A stretch of 64,000 nt of DNA. Source: Octopus vulgaris. Its lineage: Eukaryota. Under the pieces are notes generated by a model. It searched no databases, was not told where the DNA came from, and saw only the letters and a program-made list of their open reading frames with translations. The stretch is taken from assembly GCA_951406725.2 (NCBI GenBank), contig OX597833.1:69192001-69256000 (forward strand), read 5' to 3'. Positions 37,964-52,751 of this stretch are shown in pieces; the first letter of the stretch is position 1, and each line of letters opens with the position of its first letter. Both the position numbers and the translations under genes were made by a program.

Positions 37964-39959
37964 TTACCACTAGTAGTAGTAGTACTACTGCTGCTGCTGT
38001 TGCTATAAATGTTACTATCTTGTTATAAACTTATTGTTCTGCTTTTTTTAATATATATTTCCTATACAAAACAGAGATGGATATATGCCCCCATATCATT
38101 CCTCAACATGTGGATCGTCATGCCAGTGTTAGAAACTGTTATCATGCAAAAGTTGGATGAGCCCATAACGCAGTGTGTCAGAGTAAAACGCCTAACAATT
38201 ATCTACGTTCTAATTTCTAATACCAAAGATTTTCATTGTAAAGTTACCCCCAACTCTAAAAAAGAATCTGTACTTATATTAAGAACTAGCTTCTATTTCT
38301 TATATTAGAAAATTCATATTGAAATTGTCAAACAGAAATTATTGTGAGCGAACAGCATCTTCTCTATTATAACAAGTATTATGAAATCCTGTTGTGGTTC
38401 ATATTAAATTTCTTTTCCCGGGGGTCTAAACCATAGTAATATATTTGATTTAGTTCCATACACTATAAACCTCGCCAACGAAAATATCCATAAAACCACG
38501 CATGAACATAATATCAATGACAGTCGCAATAACATCATTATTTTTATTGGTGTTTGCATTGAGCGTCTTATCATAGACGGAGCTGTTATTTCTGATCTGC
38601 ATTTTATCACTGTGAAGACTATGTTTAGTGGCTCGTACTAGAATACGAATATAAAAATATCCATTTAATTTCCGCTGCTAGAGTTATATCGCCTTGTGTG
38701 TTGCTATAAAGCATTGCAGACAAATCTTTGCTAATTTTAAAAGGTAAAATGAATTATTTATTCTCGTAAACTAGAATCGCTTCATGTTTAATTTCATATG
38801 TGCTAAACTGCTTCTCGATACGCATTTGGCAAGCAAGGAATTCGAAATTCATATCCTTTGTGCAAAGGGAAGGCCGACTTTAAAGCTTTCCGCTTGCTTA
38901 CTTTCCTTGTACACGTCGAATATCTTTGCAAGGTTTACGAATCATAAAAATAGCAAGGAAATTAGTCTCTACGCTCGCGCAATTATCAATACGGGAAATA
39001 GAAATATTATAGCATTAACATCTAGTTTTACTGTGCGGCTCTTCATCATATGCTGGCTTGATGCAGAATATTTATGCACTGAAATATTCCAAAACTCTGT
39101 AGAATCAGCAGGTATATAGCATTACCACTTCAGCATAATATTACTTGTAAATTTTCCTTCTCAACTCGTATACATTTCAAGTGGAATACTGACAAATGCC
39201 ATTTTAATCTCTCTGACATTTTCAATCTAGTAAGATCGCTTACCCTTTATCGGATATGTGAGTTTATGTCATATGTTGACATATATCAATTCTTCTAAAC
39301 ATTCTGATCGGAATATATCAATATAATTTTCTTCAATATGAAATTGTTTACGCATATGAAAATAGGAGGTGGTTTTTAGTAAATACAGGAATATAGAAAT
39401 GAGATCTTCGCATTAATCATTCATATGTGGGTGTATATACATGTCCATGCGGGAATAAAAACACGCCAAAAACTTTGGAAATATACCACAGTACATACAT
39501 ATTTCACCTCGGATTTAAGTTACATTTATATTGTTATCGCAAGATTACATTATTTTCATATGTTTAAAGAATTCCATTGTGTCTAGCAATCTATATGTTT
39601 AGACTTTGAAAACTTGCCACAAACACAGATTTCCATTTTTTTTTAAATATATTTTTTCTCTCTCTCCAAGAAAATCGATACATTCCAATTGATTAGAAAT
39701 CTGTATGGCGACAATGATAAGGAACATAGATTTGCTATTTCACTGTGACTATGAAGACAGTGAAAAACTTGAAATACATTGTAAGATATTTCAAGTCATA
39801 TCTTATTTAATATAAAGAATACTTTAAAAAAAATACCATACAACTAGCTATATGCATTAATATGAACACCAATGTATATATATATATATATATATACAGC
39901 TATGTGAGTGTGTGTGTGTGGAGGGGTATTGGGCCGCTGAAATCTACAATTTTTTTATA

Positions 39960-40100
39960 TTCATTCTCTATATATTTTCTCTTATTTGCTTCTGTTGAAG
40001 AGCGCAAGCTCGAAACGGAAAATACTTTTTCCTATTTCCAGGGCATCAAACTAATAAACTTGCTTATTGTTCAGATACCTGGCTTCGTCCTTTACTTTTC
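39960..40100 (+). mobile_element. Penelope-like pLTR remnant with degenerate hammerhead motif
   Basis: CUGUUGA-AGAGC GCAA GCUC-GAAACG at 39992-40017. Related to 8440-8474. Confidence 0.5.
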
Positions 40101-40111
40101 TATATATATAT

Positions 40112-40417
40112 ATCACCGTGATCACCGTGACCGACCAGGCTATCAGATATTGCTACACATCGCTGGTCACAATGCACTTCGCTTTGTTTTAGCCTTCAAA
40201 TGTCGCCACCCCGCTGGCTAAGTGAGCAGGCTAACAGAAGAAAGAATGAGAGAAAGTTGTGGCGAAAGAGTACAGCAGGGATCGCCACTACCCCCTGCTG
40301 GAGCGTCGTGGAGCTTTAGGTGTTTTCACTCAATACACACTCACAACTCCCGGTCTGGGAATCGAAACCGCGATCTTACGACCGCGAGTCCGCTGCCCCA
40401 ACCACTGGGCCATTGCG

Positions 40418-40420
<3 letters not shown>
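40112..40420 (-). mobile_element. SINE family A with tail type 1, full length
   Basis: Reverse complement of 25970-26280. Confidence 0.93.
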
Positions 40421-40485
<65 letters not shown>

Positions 40486-40486
<1 letters not shown>

Positions 40487-40597
40487 TGGCCTGCTCGCTT
40501 AGCCAGCGGGGTGGCGTCATTCGAAGGCTAAAACAATGCGAACGCATTGTGACCAGCGATGTGTAACAACGTCTGATGATCTGGTCGGTCACGTGAT

Positions 40598-40605
<8 letters not shown>
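40486..40605 (+). mobile_element. Isolated SINE A tail type 1 (5'-truncated)
   Basis: TTGGCCTGCTCGCTTAGCCAGCGGGGTGGCG...GGTCGGTCACGTGATCACGTGAT. Confidence 0.9.
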
Positions 40606-40671
<66 letters not shown>

Positions 40672-41469
40672 GCATGTAATTCATATATGTATTCAATATA
40701 CACATATAATATCTTTGTGTGTGTATATATATATATGCATAATACACAGAGAGTCAGTATGTATGCTAATTTTGTATCCAGATATTCATCCTGTGCCGAA
40801 TTCAACCAGGAAGGTAGCATATACCCAATTTCTTTTCCAAGGGAAATCATTTGCGAGACCTTGAGTGAGGTTTATGACTGTAGAAAGATGACAAATTTCC
40901 GAAAGCAAAATGCGACAAGAGATGAGTTTGCATAGAATGAAAACTTTTATCTAGCAGTAAATTTCAAAGATTTGATACTGTTTGGACTTGTTACGACATG
41001 AATGACATTTTTGAAACCATATTTGAAAGGCGTCTTTTGCGGAAAGTATCTCTCCTTTAACGATTCATTTCTATGAAATTTTTGAAATGACTTTATTGCA
41101 TAATGCCCCAACCACCCCCAAGAAAACTGAAGTCATCTTCTTTCATTTCGCGTTCTGAGCATTTAAAAGCATCTTATGTAAATTCAGAGATACTTGTTAA
41201 TGCAACTCATGCAAAGATCATAAATGGAATCTTTATGGACGGAAATACAATAAGGATTCTCCAGCACAGTTTCATTTTACGACTACAGAACGATCGAGCT
41301 ATTACAGAGCTTTAAAACTAAAGTTATTTATTGGCAGATCCTCATATGTTGTTGCTAGAAATAATAAACAATTAATGACTTTCATTAATCCGTTAAAATT
41401 CTTGGATTAATGACGATACGTGTGAATACGATAGGATAAAAGTCTTCAAATTTTCTGTTTGTTTTTGAA

Positions 41470-41730
41470 GCAATTCCATATTCATTAACTTCCGTCAAAT
41501 ATTCTTAAGACATTACATCAAACCTTCCGATAACATATTAAAAGCCCCACTGAAGTTATCAGCAGACTGGTGGATGTTAACCCATCCATACTTAGAAAAA
41601 CTGATCCCACTTTTAGCTTGAACGTTGTTTCTCTATACACGTCTGTCGCAGCAACCGCAGCTGTCTACTTACTTATCAAATGTGATATAATACCATCATT
41701 GCCATCGGTAGGCTCTTTCTATACTCACTG
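41470..41730 (+). mobile_element. Penelope-like reverse transcriptase relic
   Basis: HIKSPTEVISRL...FSLNVVSLYTSVAATAAV matches the PLE RT 'IK.S..FI..L...S(F/L)DVVSLYTSVP...AI' motif, with the catalytic D changed to N. It has no start codon and is absent from the ORF track. Confidence 0.65.
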
Positions 41731-43420
41731 AGAAGGCTAGAAGTAGCTATCTATTATTCCTCAAGTTTTCACTGCCATTTTCAAATAACAGAAAAGAAAT
41801 GTGTCAGGGACAACAGGAAACTGTGTTTCCTGGGGCTAAATAGCAGTAGCATTCTTCCCTTTCATGGGACTGTCACACTAAGTTGAAGTTGACAACATGC
41901 CATTAATTTATTGCGCTGCTACTGTATAAATCTCTCTCAGAGATTTAGAAATGTATTATTTCTATAATTGAAACGAATATTTCATGTAATTACAGTTAAT
42001 TCTACAAAATATAAACTGGTCCAGGTTTACATTATAAACATGATGGGTCAGTTATCATAAATATCAAAACAACAACAAAAATCAAGACTTTACTCTTCTG
42101 TAGAAAACCTATCACTCGTTTCAAAGATTAGGAAAGGGAATCCCATACAAATAATTCATAGCCTCCACCAATATTTCTCCACATACAGATCACGTTATCT
42201 TCCGTGCCTTAAAATCTGCAGTGCTCTTCTAAAAATGGTTGTCAGATTGGTCTTCAATAACAAAATCACTTCCACTGTATACAGAATTTCTATTTTCAAA
42301 ACCCCTTCCGTATGTTGATTTCTCATTTATCTCCCCTATCATATCCCAATATGATCTGAGATAGACACAACACCAGCAACCATATTTTATCTGTAGAAAC
42401 CACGGAACCCACCCGCAAAGGTGAGTATTCGGCTGCAAGGCAGTGAAATATAAGGCACATGAGATGAGGCAGACTTTCCACCAAAACAAAACTCTAAAGA
42501 CATGTTATAACTTGATATTCATTTATTCAAATGGAGAGATTGCCAGGACACTAACTGCCTCTCTAATTACGTTTGGATAGTTTATCCATAAATAAAAAAA
42601 TTTCCATGACAGAAAGATTCCAAATTGTGTAAGAGTGAATCATATCACTGAATTAAAAGATCGGTTATATTAACAGCAGTTCTTCAACACAGAACCAACT
42701 AGAATAATGTAGACATTATGGGAGCCATGCAAAAATGTTGGCAAGACTAAAGCGAGTGTTATCCCTTATATAACAAGAGAAATAACAATCAGTGGAATTA
42801 TAATCCTGAATGGTGCGATATAAAATTCTATTCACATGACTACGTTCGACCAATAACAATCGACTGACTAAATACTATCTACTTATTTCAAAAATCAGGA
42901 TACAATCCACCCGTTTTCATTCTTGTAGAAGTCGATAAGTATAAGAGGAAAAAAAAACTTAAACAGAATTTGTATAGTACCACTTCCTTCCTTCCTTCCT
43001 GAAATATTTGTGGCCAAAAGCAAACTTTGGAAATAATAATGCAGTAAATATATTCACGTTGTTGTTGTTGATGGTGGCGGTTTTGTCGTTCGAGGTGCTT
43101 ATGTTTAAACTCATGTACAAAATCTAATTAGATACACACATTTATGTAGCCATTCGGGCTGTAAAACAGTTATTTTTTTAATTCATTTTTGTCGTTTGTC
43201 TTTTCGTTGGTTTATGCCCAGTTCAAACATGAATGAGAAGAAAAAACAATTACGTGCATTGTGTCGTTATCTTCCATTCTGTATCTTCCATTCTGCATCG
43301 AGTTCTATGTTATTTCAATGTGTCCTCTTTGTTAATTCTGTGCGCTTTGAGGGAAGGTGACTGGTATTTAGAGACGCTTTATCAACAGTTCTTACACTAG
43401 ACACGCTAATATGTCATCGC

Positions 43421-43497
<77 letters not shown>

Positions 43498-43526
43498 TAT
43501 ATGTATGTATGTATATATATCTGTAT

Positions 43527-43557
<31 letters not shown>

Positions 43558-43573
43558 GTATGTATATATGTAT

Positions 43574-43644
<71 letters not shown>

Positions 43645-43798
43645 TGTGTGTACCTACAAGAAGATATGTAAACATACACATAAGCATACACACACATATA
43701 TATCTATATACATATATATGTATGATTGTATATATATAAATATATTTATATATGTGTGTGTGTGTGTGTGTGTGTTTATATATATTCTTTTATAAAAG

Positions 43799-43830
<32 letters not shown>

Positions 43831-43846
43831 CTGATATATATATATA

Positions 43847-43889
<43 letters not shown>

Positions 43890-45078
43890 TTGTGTGAGTG
43901 TGTGTGTGAGTGTATGTGTGAGTGTATGTGTGTGCGTATGTGTGTATGTGCGTGTGAGTGTGTGAGCGTGCGTCTGTATGTGTGTGTAATCCAATAGAGA
44001 CGAGAGTATACAACGTCTTTGCAATGATATCGGTTTGAAATATTCATGAAGTTATTCAATCGCCCATACGCTTCCATCGATTTCACATTTAGAAATTTGC
44101 ATTATTTTCAAGTAATTATTCGCTAAATACACTTTAAACGCTGAAAGACAAAACTGGCTTAGACGACACTGACAATAATATGTTCCTAACTTGTAGGAAA
44201 ATTATTCTGAACAGCATTGTTCTCAGGTCACCGGCTTAGTTTAGTTTATGCTAAAATATAGGTTGTGCTTTTGTTCTTCACTTGTTGATAACTGAGAAAT
44301 TATGTATTATTCTTATAATGTAATATTGTGGAATATTATATTATGTTCATATTAATTTTTAATTCATGTATCGAAAATTCTGTGATATTATCTAGCATTC
44401 ATCAGCGTCATAGTATATAAAATTTCCTTGGGAAAAGTCTCTTAACGACATTTACAAGAGATAAAAGACCGAATGTAGCACTTCGGTTTAAAGCCATATG
44501 CTCTGTACAAACCAATAATCTACAAACATAATCAAATAACATTCGATCAATAGAACGCCGCTGAGTAACACTGTTTGATGCTAACTTAATTTCCTTGCTT
44601 TATTGTAGCAAGTGCACAAAATTTTGCAGAAAAAATCTATATTATAATATTATGCCTGTTACCAATGCAGCTTTTGTTCATTTTTCTATGTCGAAATGAG
44701 CAGATGTGATACATAGAAAGACTATATAATCAAACACTTTTTTTTTAACGTAGAGCATCACCTCCACCCCCCACATCACCCCCCATCACCCCCCCCCCCA
44801 GAGAAGCAGTACGACGACTACCAAATCCGTCTATACCTCATCCATCGTCACCTCTAACGCCACCGCTACAACCACTACGTCGACATTGTGTTGTGGGTAC
44901 CCGCATTCTAAATCTCAGCCTATACGTATGGCTATGAACATGCTTATAAAACTATAAATATATAGAGAGCAAATATACATATATATTATGTCTGACTTAT
45001 TTTTTTCTTTATGAATAACTCTTTGCAGGATTCGTCTCATAAATCTATTCATATTAATATACATACATACATACATAA

Positions 45079-45141
<63 letters not shown>

Positions 45142-45411
45142 TCAGAATATGGCTGTGAGCTTAACCATTTTGCTTACTAAACACATAATTTTGTTTTTAA
45201 TTCAGAGACAACAAGCGCCATGTTTATTCCTAATATAATGCAAACCTGGCGATACAGTTTCCAATGAATTTGGTAGAATGGAAACTGTGTAAAGCTCATC
45301 GCATACAAATACACACACGCATATTATACATATGTAACACTCCATTGTATTTTTACGCCAAACCTACGGCTAGGACCAGCCGTGATGTATACTTAATACT
45401 ATGAAATTCGG

Positions 45412-45447
<36 letters not shown>

Positions 45448-45846
45448 TATGGCGTTTGTATGTGTGTATCGGTGTGTGTTTGTGTGTGTCTATGTAACGG
45501 ACTTGTGGAACACTAAATTATCGACAAGAATGAAATGTGTTACCTGTTTTGCCATTCCGAGCAAATGCCATCAATATCAAATTTACTTCTCGTTCTTTGG
45601 AGACTGACGAAAATATACACCATGCCAGTGAACGGAAAAATGAATTAAATAATTAATGGAGGGACGGATGGACGGGCAGATGGATGCAATCATGCATGCA
45701 TTCATGGAATCGTTGGGTCTCACTATCAGAGAATTAATTTCCTCAGCGAATGCAAAGTGCTTAGCATAATTGAACCCCAAATCATCCCTTCTAAGATAAA
45801 TGATATTTGAAGCTTTAACATGGGTAATGTACATACTTCAGGTAGG

Positions 45847-45918
<72 letters not shown>

Positions 45919-46356
45919 CACACACAGGTATATTGTTCGTATATCTGGGCGGAGATGTAGCTGCATCACAAACAGAATCACTGGAACGATTCCAAGATTG
46001 GGCTACATTGCCGGATTTTCATTCTTCTAAATATCTCCCCTCAATCATAATGGCTTCTGTTCCTCTGAAGTAGTTGGTCTCGTGCCATTGTTCCTCAAGC
46101 ATTTCTATCCTTTGTGTCTCCCTTCCTTCCGTATTCAGGCACATCGATACCCAAGAACTGCGCTAATCACTACGTCCAGCCTTCCATTCCGGGAAATTTG
46201 GCCGTAAAATATGTTATATGTATTCACACCTGGTCCTTAGGGCAGTTCAATAATAATAGTTCAGGAGCAAAAGGAGTTGAAATAAAGTTATAAAAGCTCA
46301 GTAACCGTTTCTCTCTCTCTCTCTCTCTCTCTCCCCTTCTCGCTTGCCCTCTGTGT

Positions 46357-46827
<471 letters not shown>

Positions 46828-47398
46828 TCATGGGATCGAAAAAGGGCAATCGTTGGCGATTTTCTTCGTCCATCTTCCCTTCCTTTTCTGAGCCTCTGAT
46901 AATAGAGTACTTTACCACGTCCTCACATTACTGCTTGTTCTTGTATGTTCTTTGTTTGGATTCACTATATATATATATATATATATATATGCATATATAT
47001 GTGTGAGTGTGTGTGCATGTGTGTGAGTGTGTGTGAGTGTGTGTGCATGTGCGTCATCGTTTAGAGGCTGAGCAGAGATTAAGATTTGTGTATCAAATTG
47101 ATAGTCAGCATCCTAGAACGTATATATTCAGCTGCATTAAGCATATGGTATTTGCAGGAGAGTAAGGTGAATTGTATGGAAGATGCAAGAATTATTTAGT
47201 CGAAGACTGGGAGGAGACGGCGGAGGAGGAGGAGGAGGAGAAGGAGAGAGAATCAGAAACACTGACTCAAGAAGAGGTTTACTGATGGGTCAAAGGTTAT
47301 TACGACGGAGCAGTGGGAGAAGAACCAGGAATGCGGTGCTGTTAAAGTAGGTAAAACGGAAAACTAAAATAAACCATAAATAACAGACACGCACATTG

Positions 47399-47440
<42 letters not shown>

Positions 47441-47449
47441 AGATATACA

Positions 47450-47493
<44 letters not shown>

Positions 47494-47669
47494 GGTGTAT
47501 AACGAGAGAGGAAGAGAGAGACATCACTCCTGGGAGGATGTTGAAAGATAAATTAACATTAACTTTCAATAAATAATAGGTTGGTTCCTACTGACCTCAA
47601 AACCCCACACTGGTTATTTATTGTCCTGGGCAAACCTCTCAACCCAGATAAATTATACACCCCCCACAG

Positions 47670-47726
<57 letters not shown>

Positions 47727-47834
47727 CATACACAGATACACACACTCAAACATGCACACTCGCTCACATACACACATACACGTTAAAATGCTATAGGTAA
47801 GAACACGTCAGAAAGCTTAATATAAACGTGGTTT

Positions 47835-47885
47835 TAATAGACTAGTTTTCCTATACCACTGGAAATTTACCATCTTCAGCTATTT
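47835..47885 (-). ncRNA. Degenerate hammerhead-like motif
   Basis: AAUAG-CUGAAGA-...-GAAAAC-UA-GUC-UAUU with palindromic stem III ACUAGU. Stem II is decayed. Confidence 0.4.
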
Positions 47886-48829
47886 TTGAATAAAATTCCT
47901 TGCTATTTAAATCAATCACAAGGAATCGTAGTATATATTGTGTGTGGAAGTCATTTGCATATCTGTTGTTTACTGTCATTGTGATCAAATAATTAATAAA
48001 TATTTCTGTTTAATTTTCAACGCTGAGATTAAAATCTAATAAATATTTACGATTTACCCCGGCGAGTATTTGAATACATGATATGAATTTAGAATTACCA
48101 AATTATATTTTAACACTTTCCCTCTATGATTGTAAACAGTTGTAAACACATCTTTCTATGCTCTTAATAAACAGAAAAATATAGGCGATACTAAAGAACT
48201 TGCTCGATTTGTTGACCACTCACATTTAATTATATGTTATATTTCAAGTTTGATTTATTCTTTCAACGATTTTGCATCGTCTTTTGTCATAGCACGTATT
48301 TACAGTTTTTAATAACTACTCAACCGTTTCTAAGAATAATAACTCAATCGAAATTGTGCTCTGTTTTGTTGATGTTTGTAGTTTATCGTTCATTGTTCAT
48401 AGTTGTTGCCCATTGAAGCAACTTGTGAATTATTATCTCTGCTTTTAAGTAAGAGAACTTATTTCCGGTTGTATAAAACGTGATCAACATATTACGTTAG
48501 AATTTTGGCAACACCGGCTGTACGCTGTATCTAGCCCACACAACTGGTTAACAGTAATTTAATAGCTAAAGGTGGTAGAAATCTCTGTTGGACAACATGA
48601 AACCTTTATTGGTGATTCAGGTAGCTGATAAAGCGATTTCATGAAACAAATAATATTTTATGAGATATATCTCCAGTTCGACCCACTAATGTTCTGTCGT
48701 TTCGAATTGATATCTGTATAAATTTCCATATTCACAGAGACAGATGTGCATGCATACATTTATTCATATACATACGTATATTACATATCCATATTTAAAT
48801 GTATATATGTATATATATATATGTGTGTA

Positions 48830-48860
<31 letters not shown>

Positions 48861-49694
48861 GTTTGTGTGTCCTTTTTTACTTTTACACACACACACACAC
48901 ATATATATATGTATATATATAATATGATACACATGCGCATATATACACATGTATATTGTATATATTTTTATGCATGTATGTACATATATATATATGTATG
49001 TATATATATATAAACATAAATATTTATACATAATAGGTATGTGTGGACATAGATACACACACATACACACGCACGCACACACTCACATACACACTGACAC
49101 ATATTTACGATTCGCTGCAAATGGATACCCCACAAAATTCAAGTAAAAGCTTTATTCATTTAGAAAGCCCATCATTGAGTTATACCAAAGAATTGTTTCT
49201 CAGGAAAGCCATGTAGAAAATAAGGTTCATTAGAAAATTCTGGCCATAGCGACATTTTATGGGGTGAAAGAAACCTGAGTTAAAGGGGTTTTTTTTTTTT
49301 TCGATGCAGCGAACGCATTGTGGCTTTGCTAAAATGCAGCTTCTAAATAAAAGATATTGATAAACTCTTACAGGCATAAAATACACATAACTTACTTGGC
49401 TTCTAGAATGATATCGATTTCGGGGGGAAAAAACACCAGCAACGCGTCATGGACGATAATGTTACATCAACATTTGCGATACTAAATGACTTTCGACACT
49501 TAAACCTCTCTAAGGCCAGCATGATCATTTGATGTTCTCATATTATTACACATAATAGTGCCGCTATTTTCATTATCGTTTTCACCATCCTCATCTCTTA
49601 CCATTCTCCTTTTGGTGGTGATAAATTTCAGTTAAGTACTGCAATTGATGAAATAGCGAATACTCCGCACCCTACAGTTTCAGAAATTTTGTAT

Positions 49695-49735
<41 letters not shown>

Positions 49736-49751
49736 TATTATTATTATTATT

Positions 49752-50090
49752 AGTGAGTGAGAGAGCAGTTGATGCCATCAAAGTGACAGTGGGGTAAAAT
49801 ATACGAAGCCCTGTACACCCATCATGTCTATCCGTCTGATAAGGGTACACGAGGCACATGCATCACAACCATATGTACGCGACATGGTGATCTCATATCA
49901 AGAAAAACAGCACATGACCTTGTTAGAATTTTATCTTGGTCGAGCAGCCCATCCCGCTCAAAAGGTCCCTGAATAACGGTTGTTTAGGGATGTTGAACGA
50001 AACACCCATGTTTCCGCAGGCAAATTATTCAAATTCCCAAAGAATCCCTCTCAACACATGGCTATGATGCTCACCCACTACTTCTGCCTG
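49752..50090. repeat. Interspersed repeat abutting (TTA)n, fused to a Dong-like fragment
   Basis: Similar to 36785-37120 and begins immediately after the (CAT)n(TAT)n tract. Confidence 0.75.
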
Positions 50091-50300
50091 CTGGTCATGC
50101 TTCAAGAACCCTTCGAAGAATTCTTGCACTACCAAATCAATGCTGATTTTTCTACGTGTTCTACGTTCACACTTGCACCGATTTTTCTCAGCCATGTTGG
50201 TAATGGAGTACTGGTACTTCCAAGTACACCAATTGCTATTGGTATCACGTCTATTCTTTTCATTGACCATAATCGTCGTATTCCCCACTTTATATCATCA
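50090..50300 (-). mobile_element. Dong/R4-like RLE C-terminal fragment
   Basis: DDIKWGIRRLWSMKRIDVIPIAIGVLGS...WLRKIG...VEHVEKSAL. Confidence 0.8.
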
Positions 50301-50429
50301 GAGTAGCTTATGTTTTTTTTTTCTTTTCTTGCACATCTATCCTGTTGTCACCGCAGCATGTTAAGTTGGTTATTATACATGCTCTCCCGTCTTTATCCAC
50401 CACAACAATGTCCGATTTCCTGTTTCCGA

Positions 50430-50453
50430 TTCTTCTTCTTCTTCTTCTTCTTC

Positions 50454-50524
<71 letters not shown>

Positions 50525-50577
50525 GTTGTTGTTGTTGTTATATTATTATTAGTAGTAGTAGTAGTAGTAATAGCAGC

Positions 50578-50645
<68 letters not shown>

Positions 50646-50722
50646 CAGCAGCAGCAACAGTTGTAGCAGCGGCAGCAGCAGCAGCAGTAGTAGTAATCGC
50701 AGTAGTAGTAGTAGCAGCAGCA
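50430..50722. repeat. Compound (TTC)n(TTA)n(GTT)n(GTA)n(GCA)n microsatellite
   Basis: Read directly. Confidence 0.95.
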
Positions 50723-51985
50723 CTTCATCGGTTACGAACACCACATAGTATGCACACACCCGAAGAGCGGGGGGTGAGTTCTTTTGGTCCTGGAATCTTC
50801 TTTTCTGTCATCCCAATTTTGTGTTGTCTATCCACTTTAGCTTTCCCTAATGCCACTGCCATATTAACACATTATCCTTTCCCATTATTAATTTATATTC
50901 ATGTCATTATTAGCATTATTAATATTGCTATCAATATTGTTAATTAAATGAGCAATTATAATTATTCCTTAATTGTTGAATTACGTACGATGATTGTGTA
51001 TTGTGGGTGTAGCACTGATGCTAAATTCTCCGTAATTGCAATTATCCCGATTTCAAATTATATTATCTTCTCAGATAATTATCCCGCGCTCTTTCTATGA
51101 TGTATGTTGATTAGATCTCTTGATGGCATTAGTAATAATGTTTCTATAATCCTCTATAAATTCTCCTCCCACCCTCTCTACAAATCTCTTTCTATGTGCA
51201 TACTTAGTTAATTCAATTTAATATTTTGTTGTATTATTTTTTTATAGCTATTTATTTAATTATTTAATCAGTTTAAACATCCGTGTAAAGCTAGTAATCC
51301 GTGATAGACTGTGAGGAAGCTGTATAATAAACCGAATACGAAAAGAATAAACTTAAAAACAAATAAAAAAATTTAGAAAGAAAAAATAAAGAAAGAGAGA
51401 AAGAAGAAATGTGACGAACATTCAAATGTTCCTGTCGCTAAATATTTTTGTAGCCTCCAGGAATATAAAGCATCTTACCAATTGTTGCAATTTCCCGAAA
51501 TATATTCCACCACCGATGTTAATAGACAATAGATGACCATTTTAAAAGTCTTCCTCCCGAGGTTGATAACTCAGCATTGGTAAAAATTAGAGCAAGAAAT
51601 TTTTGAATAGAATGTATAAGAGCTTTTCGTTGCAGTTTTGTGCCTCGAGATAATCCTTGCTTGAGACCAAAAAGAGAATTAGAACATCATAGTTATCTCT
51701 GAAAGCCTTCTGGGGATCGATGAATTTATTTGGAATTTTTTCGTTTTCCAAACCACCAGAAATAAGAAAGGCGACTGGAAAGATTTGCGCCCTCAATCAG
51801 AAATCCAATGCTCATTATATTCACCGGTTCCCCCATATCGGCCACCAGATCGGTACAAATAGCGGGGGCTGGAGTGCGAGACTGCAAGTATATAAAGACA
51901 AATCTGATTGTCTTTCTGCAACGTTACATATGACACTATACCGAAGCCTGATAACTTAACTCCATCAACACCTAATATTTATCAG

Positions 51986-52185
51986 TGTGGAGGCGCAATG
52001 TCGGTCGTGGGATCGCGGTTTCGATTCCCAGACCAAGCAATGTGTGTGTTGTTTATTGAGCGAAAAGACTTCAAGCTCCACGGGGCTCTCTGGCAGGGAT
52101 GGTGACGAACACTGCTGTATTCTTTCACCACAACTTTCTCTCACTCTTTCTTCTTCTCTCTGTTGTACCTTTATTTGAAATGACC
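51986..52185 (+). mobile_element. SINE family A, internally deleted and 3'-truncated
   Basis: GTGGAGGCGCAATG..GGATCGCGGTTTCGATTCCCAGACC...CACCACAACTTTCTCTCAC. Confidence 0.85.
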
Positions 52186-52189
52186 GTTG

Positions 52190-52350
52190 ATTTCCATTTT
52201 GACAGAGATTGAGCAAATGACTGTGTTGATTGGAGGATATAACTCTTTTATTGTTCTGCTTCTTCAAATCAAATTGTTTTGATGCGTTATGACACATGTT
52301 GCACCATGCAGATCGATCTAAGCAATAACTTGTCCACGATGTTAAATATT
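52190..52350 (-). mobile_element. Possible RTE-clade C-terminal fragment
   Basis: LTSWTSYCLDRSAWCNMCHNASKQF resembles the RTE 'WE..A.DR..WR.......F' motif. Confidence 0.45.
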
Positions 52351-52403
52351 CCTCTCGAATGATTTGCATTTGACGGATGTTTGTTTTCATCTTGCTTGTT
52401 GTT

Positions 52404-52449
52404 AACACAACATTTCGGCTGATGTATCCTCCAGCCTTCATCAGGTGTC
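52404..52449 (-). ncRNA. Minimal type I hammerhead-like motif
   Basis: GACAC-CUGAUGA-A-GGCUG GAGGAUACAU CAGCC-GAAAU-GUU-GUGUU, with 5-bp stems I and II. GAAAU is probably a decayed GAAAC. Confidence 0.55.
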
Positions 52450-52548
52450 TATAAAATGTATTTCCTCTTGAAATACCTTTTATATAATTTTTGGTAATAC
52501 ATGGTAAATGTGCGCTCTCACCTCTCTCTAACTCTCGCCCTCTCTTAC

Positions 52549-52593
<45 letters not shown>

Positions 52594-52636
52594 TTATCTC
52601 TATCTCTCCCTCTATCTCTCTCACACACACTCACAC

Positions 52637-52751
<115 letters not shown>

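Noticed and set aside
50345-50947. 200-aa hydrophobic ORF
   Set aside because: Compound trinucleotide microsatellite.
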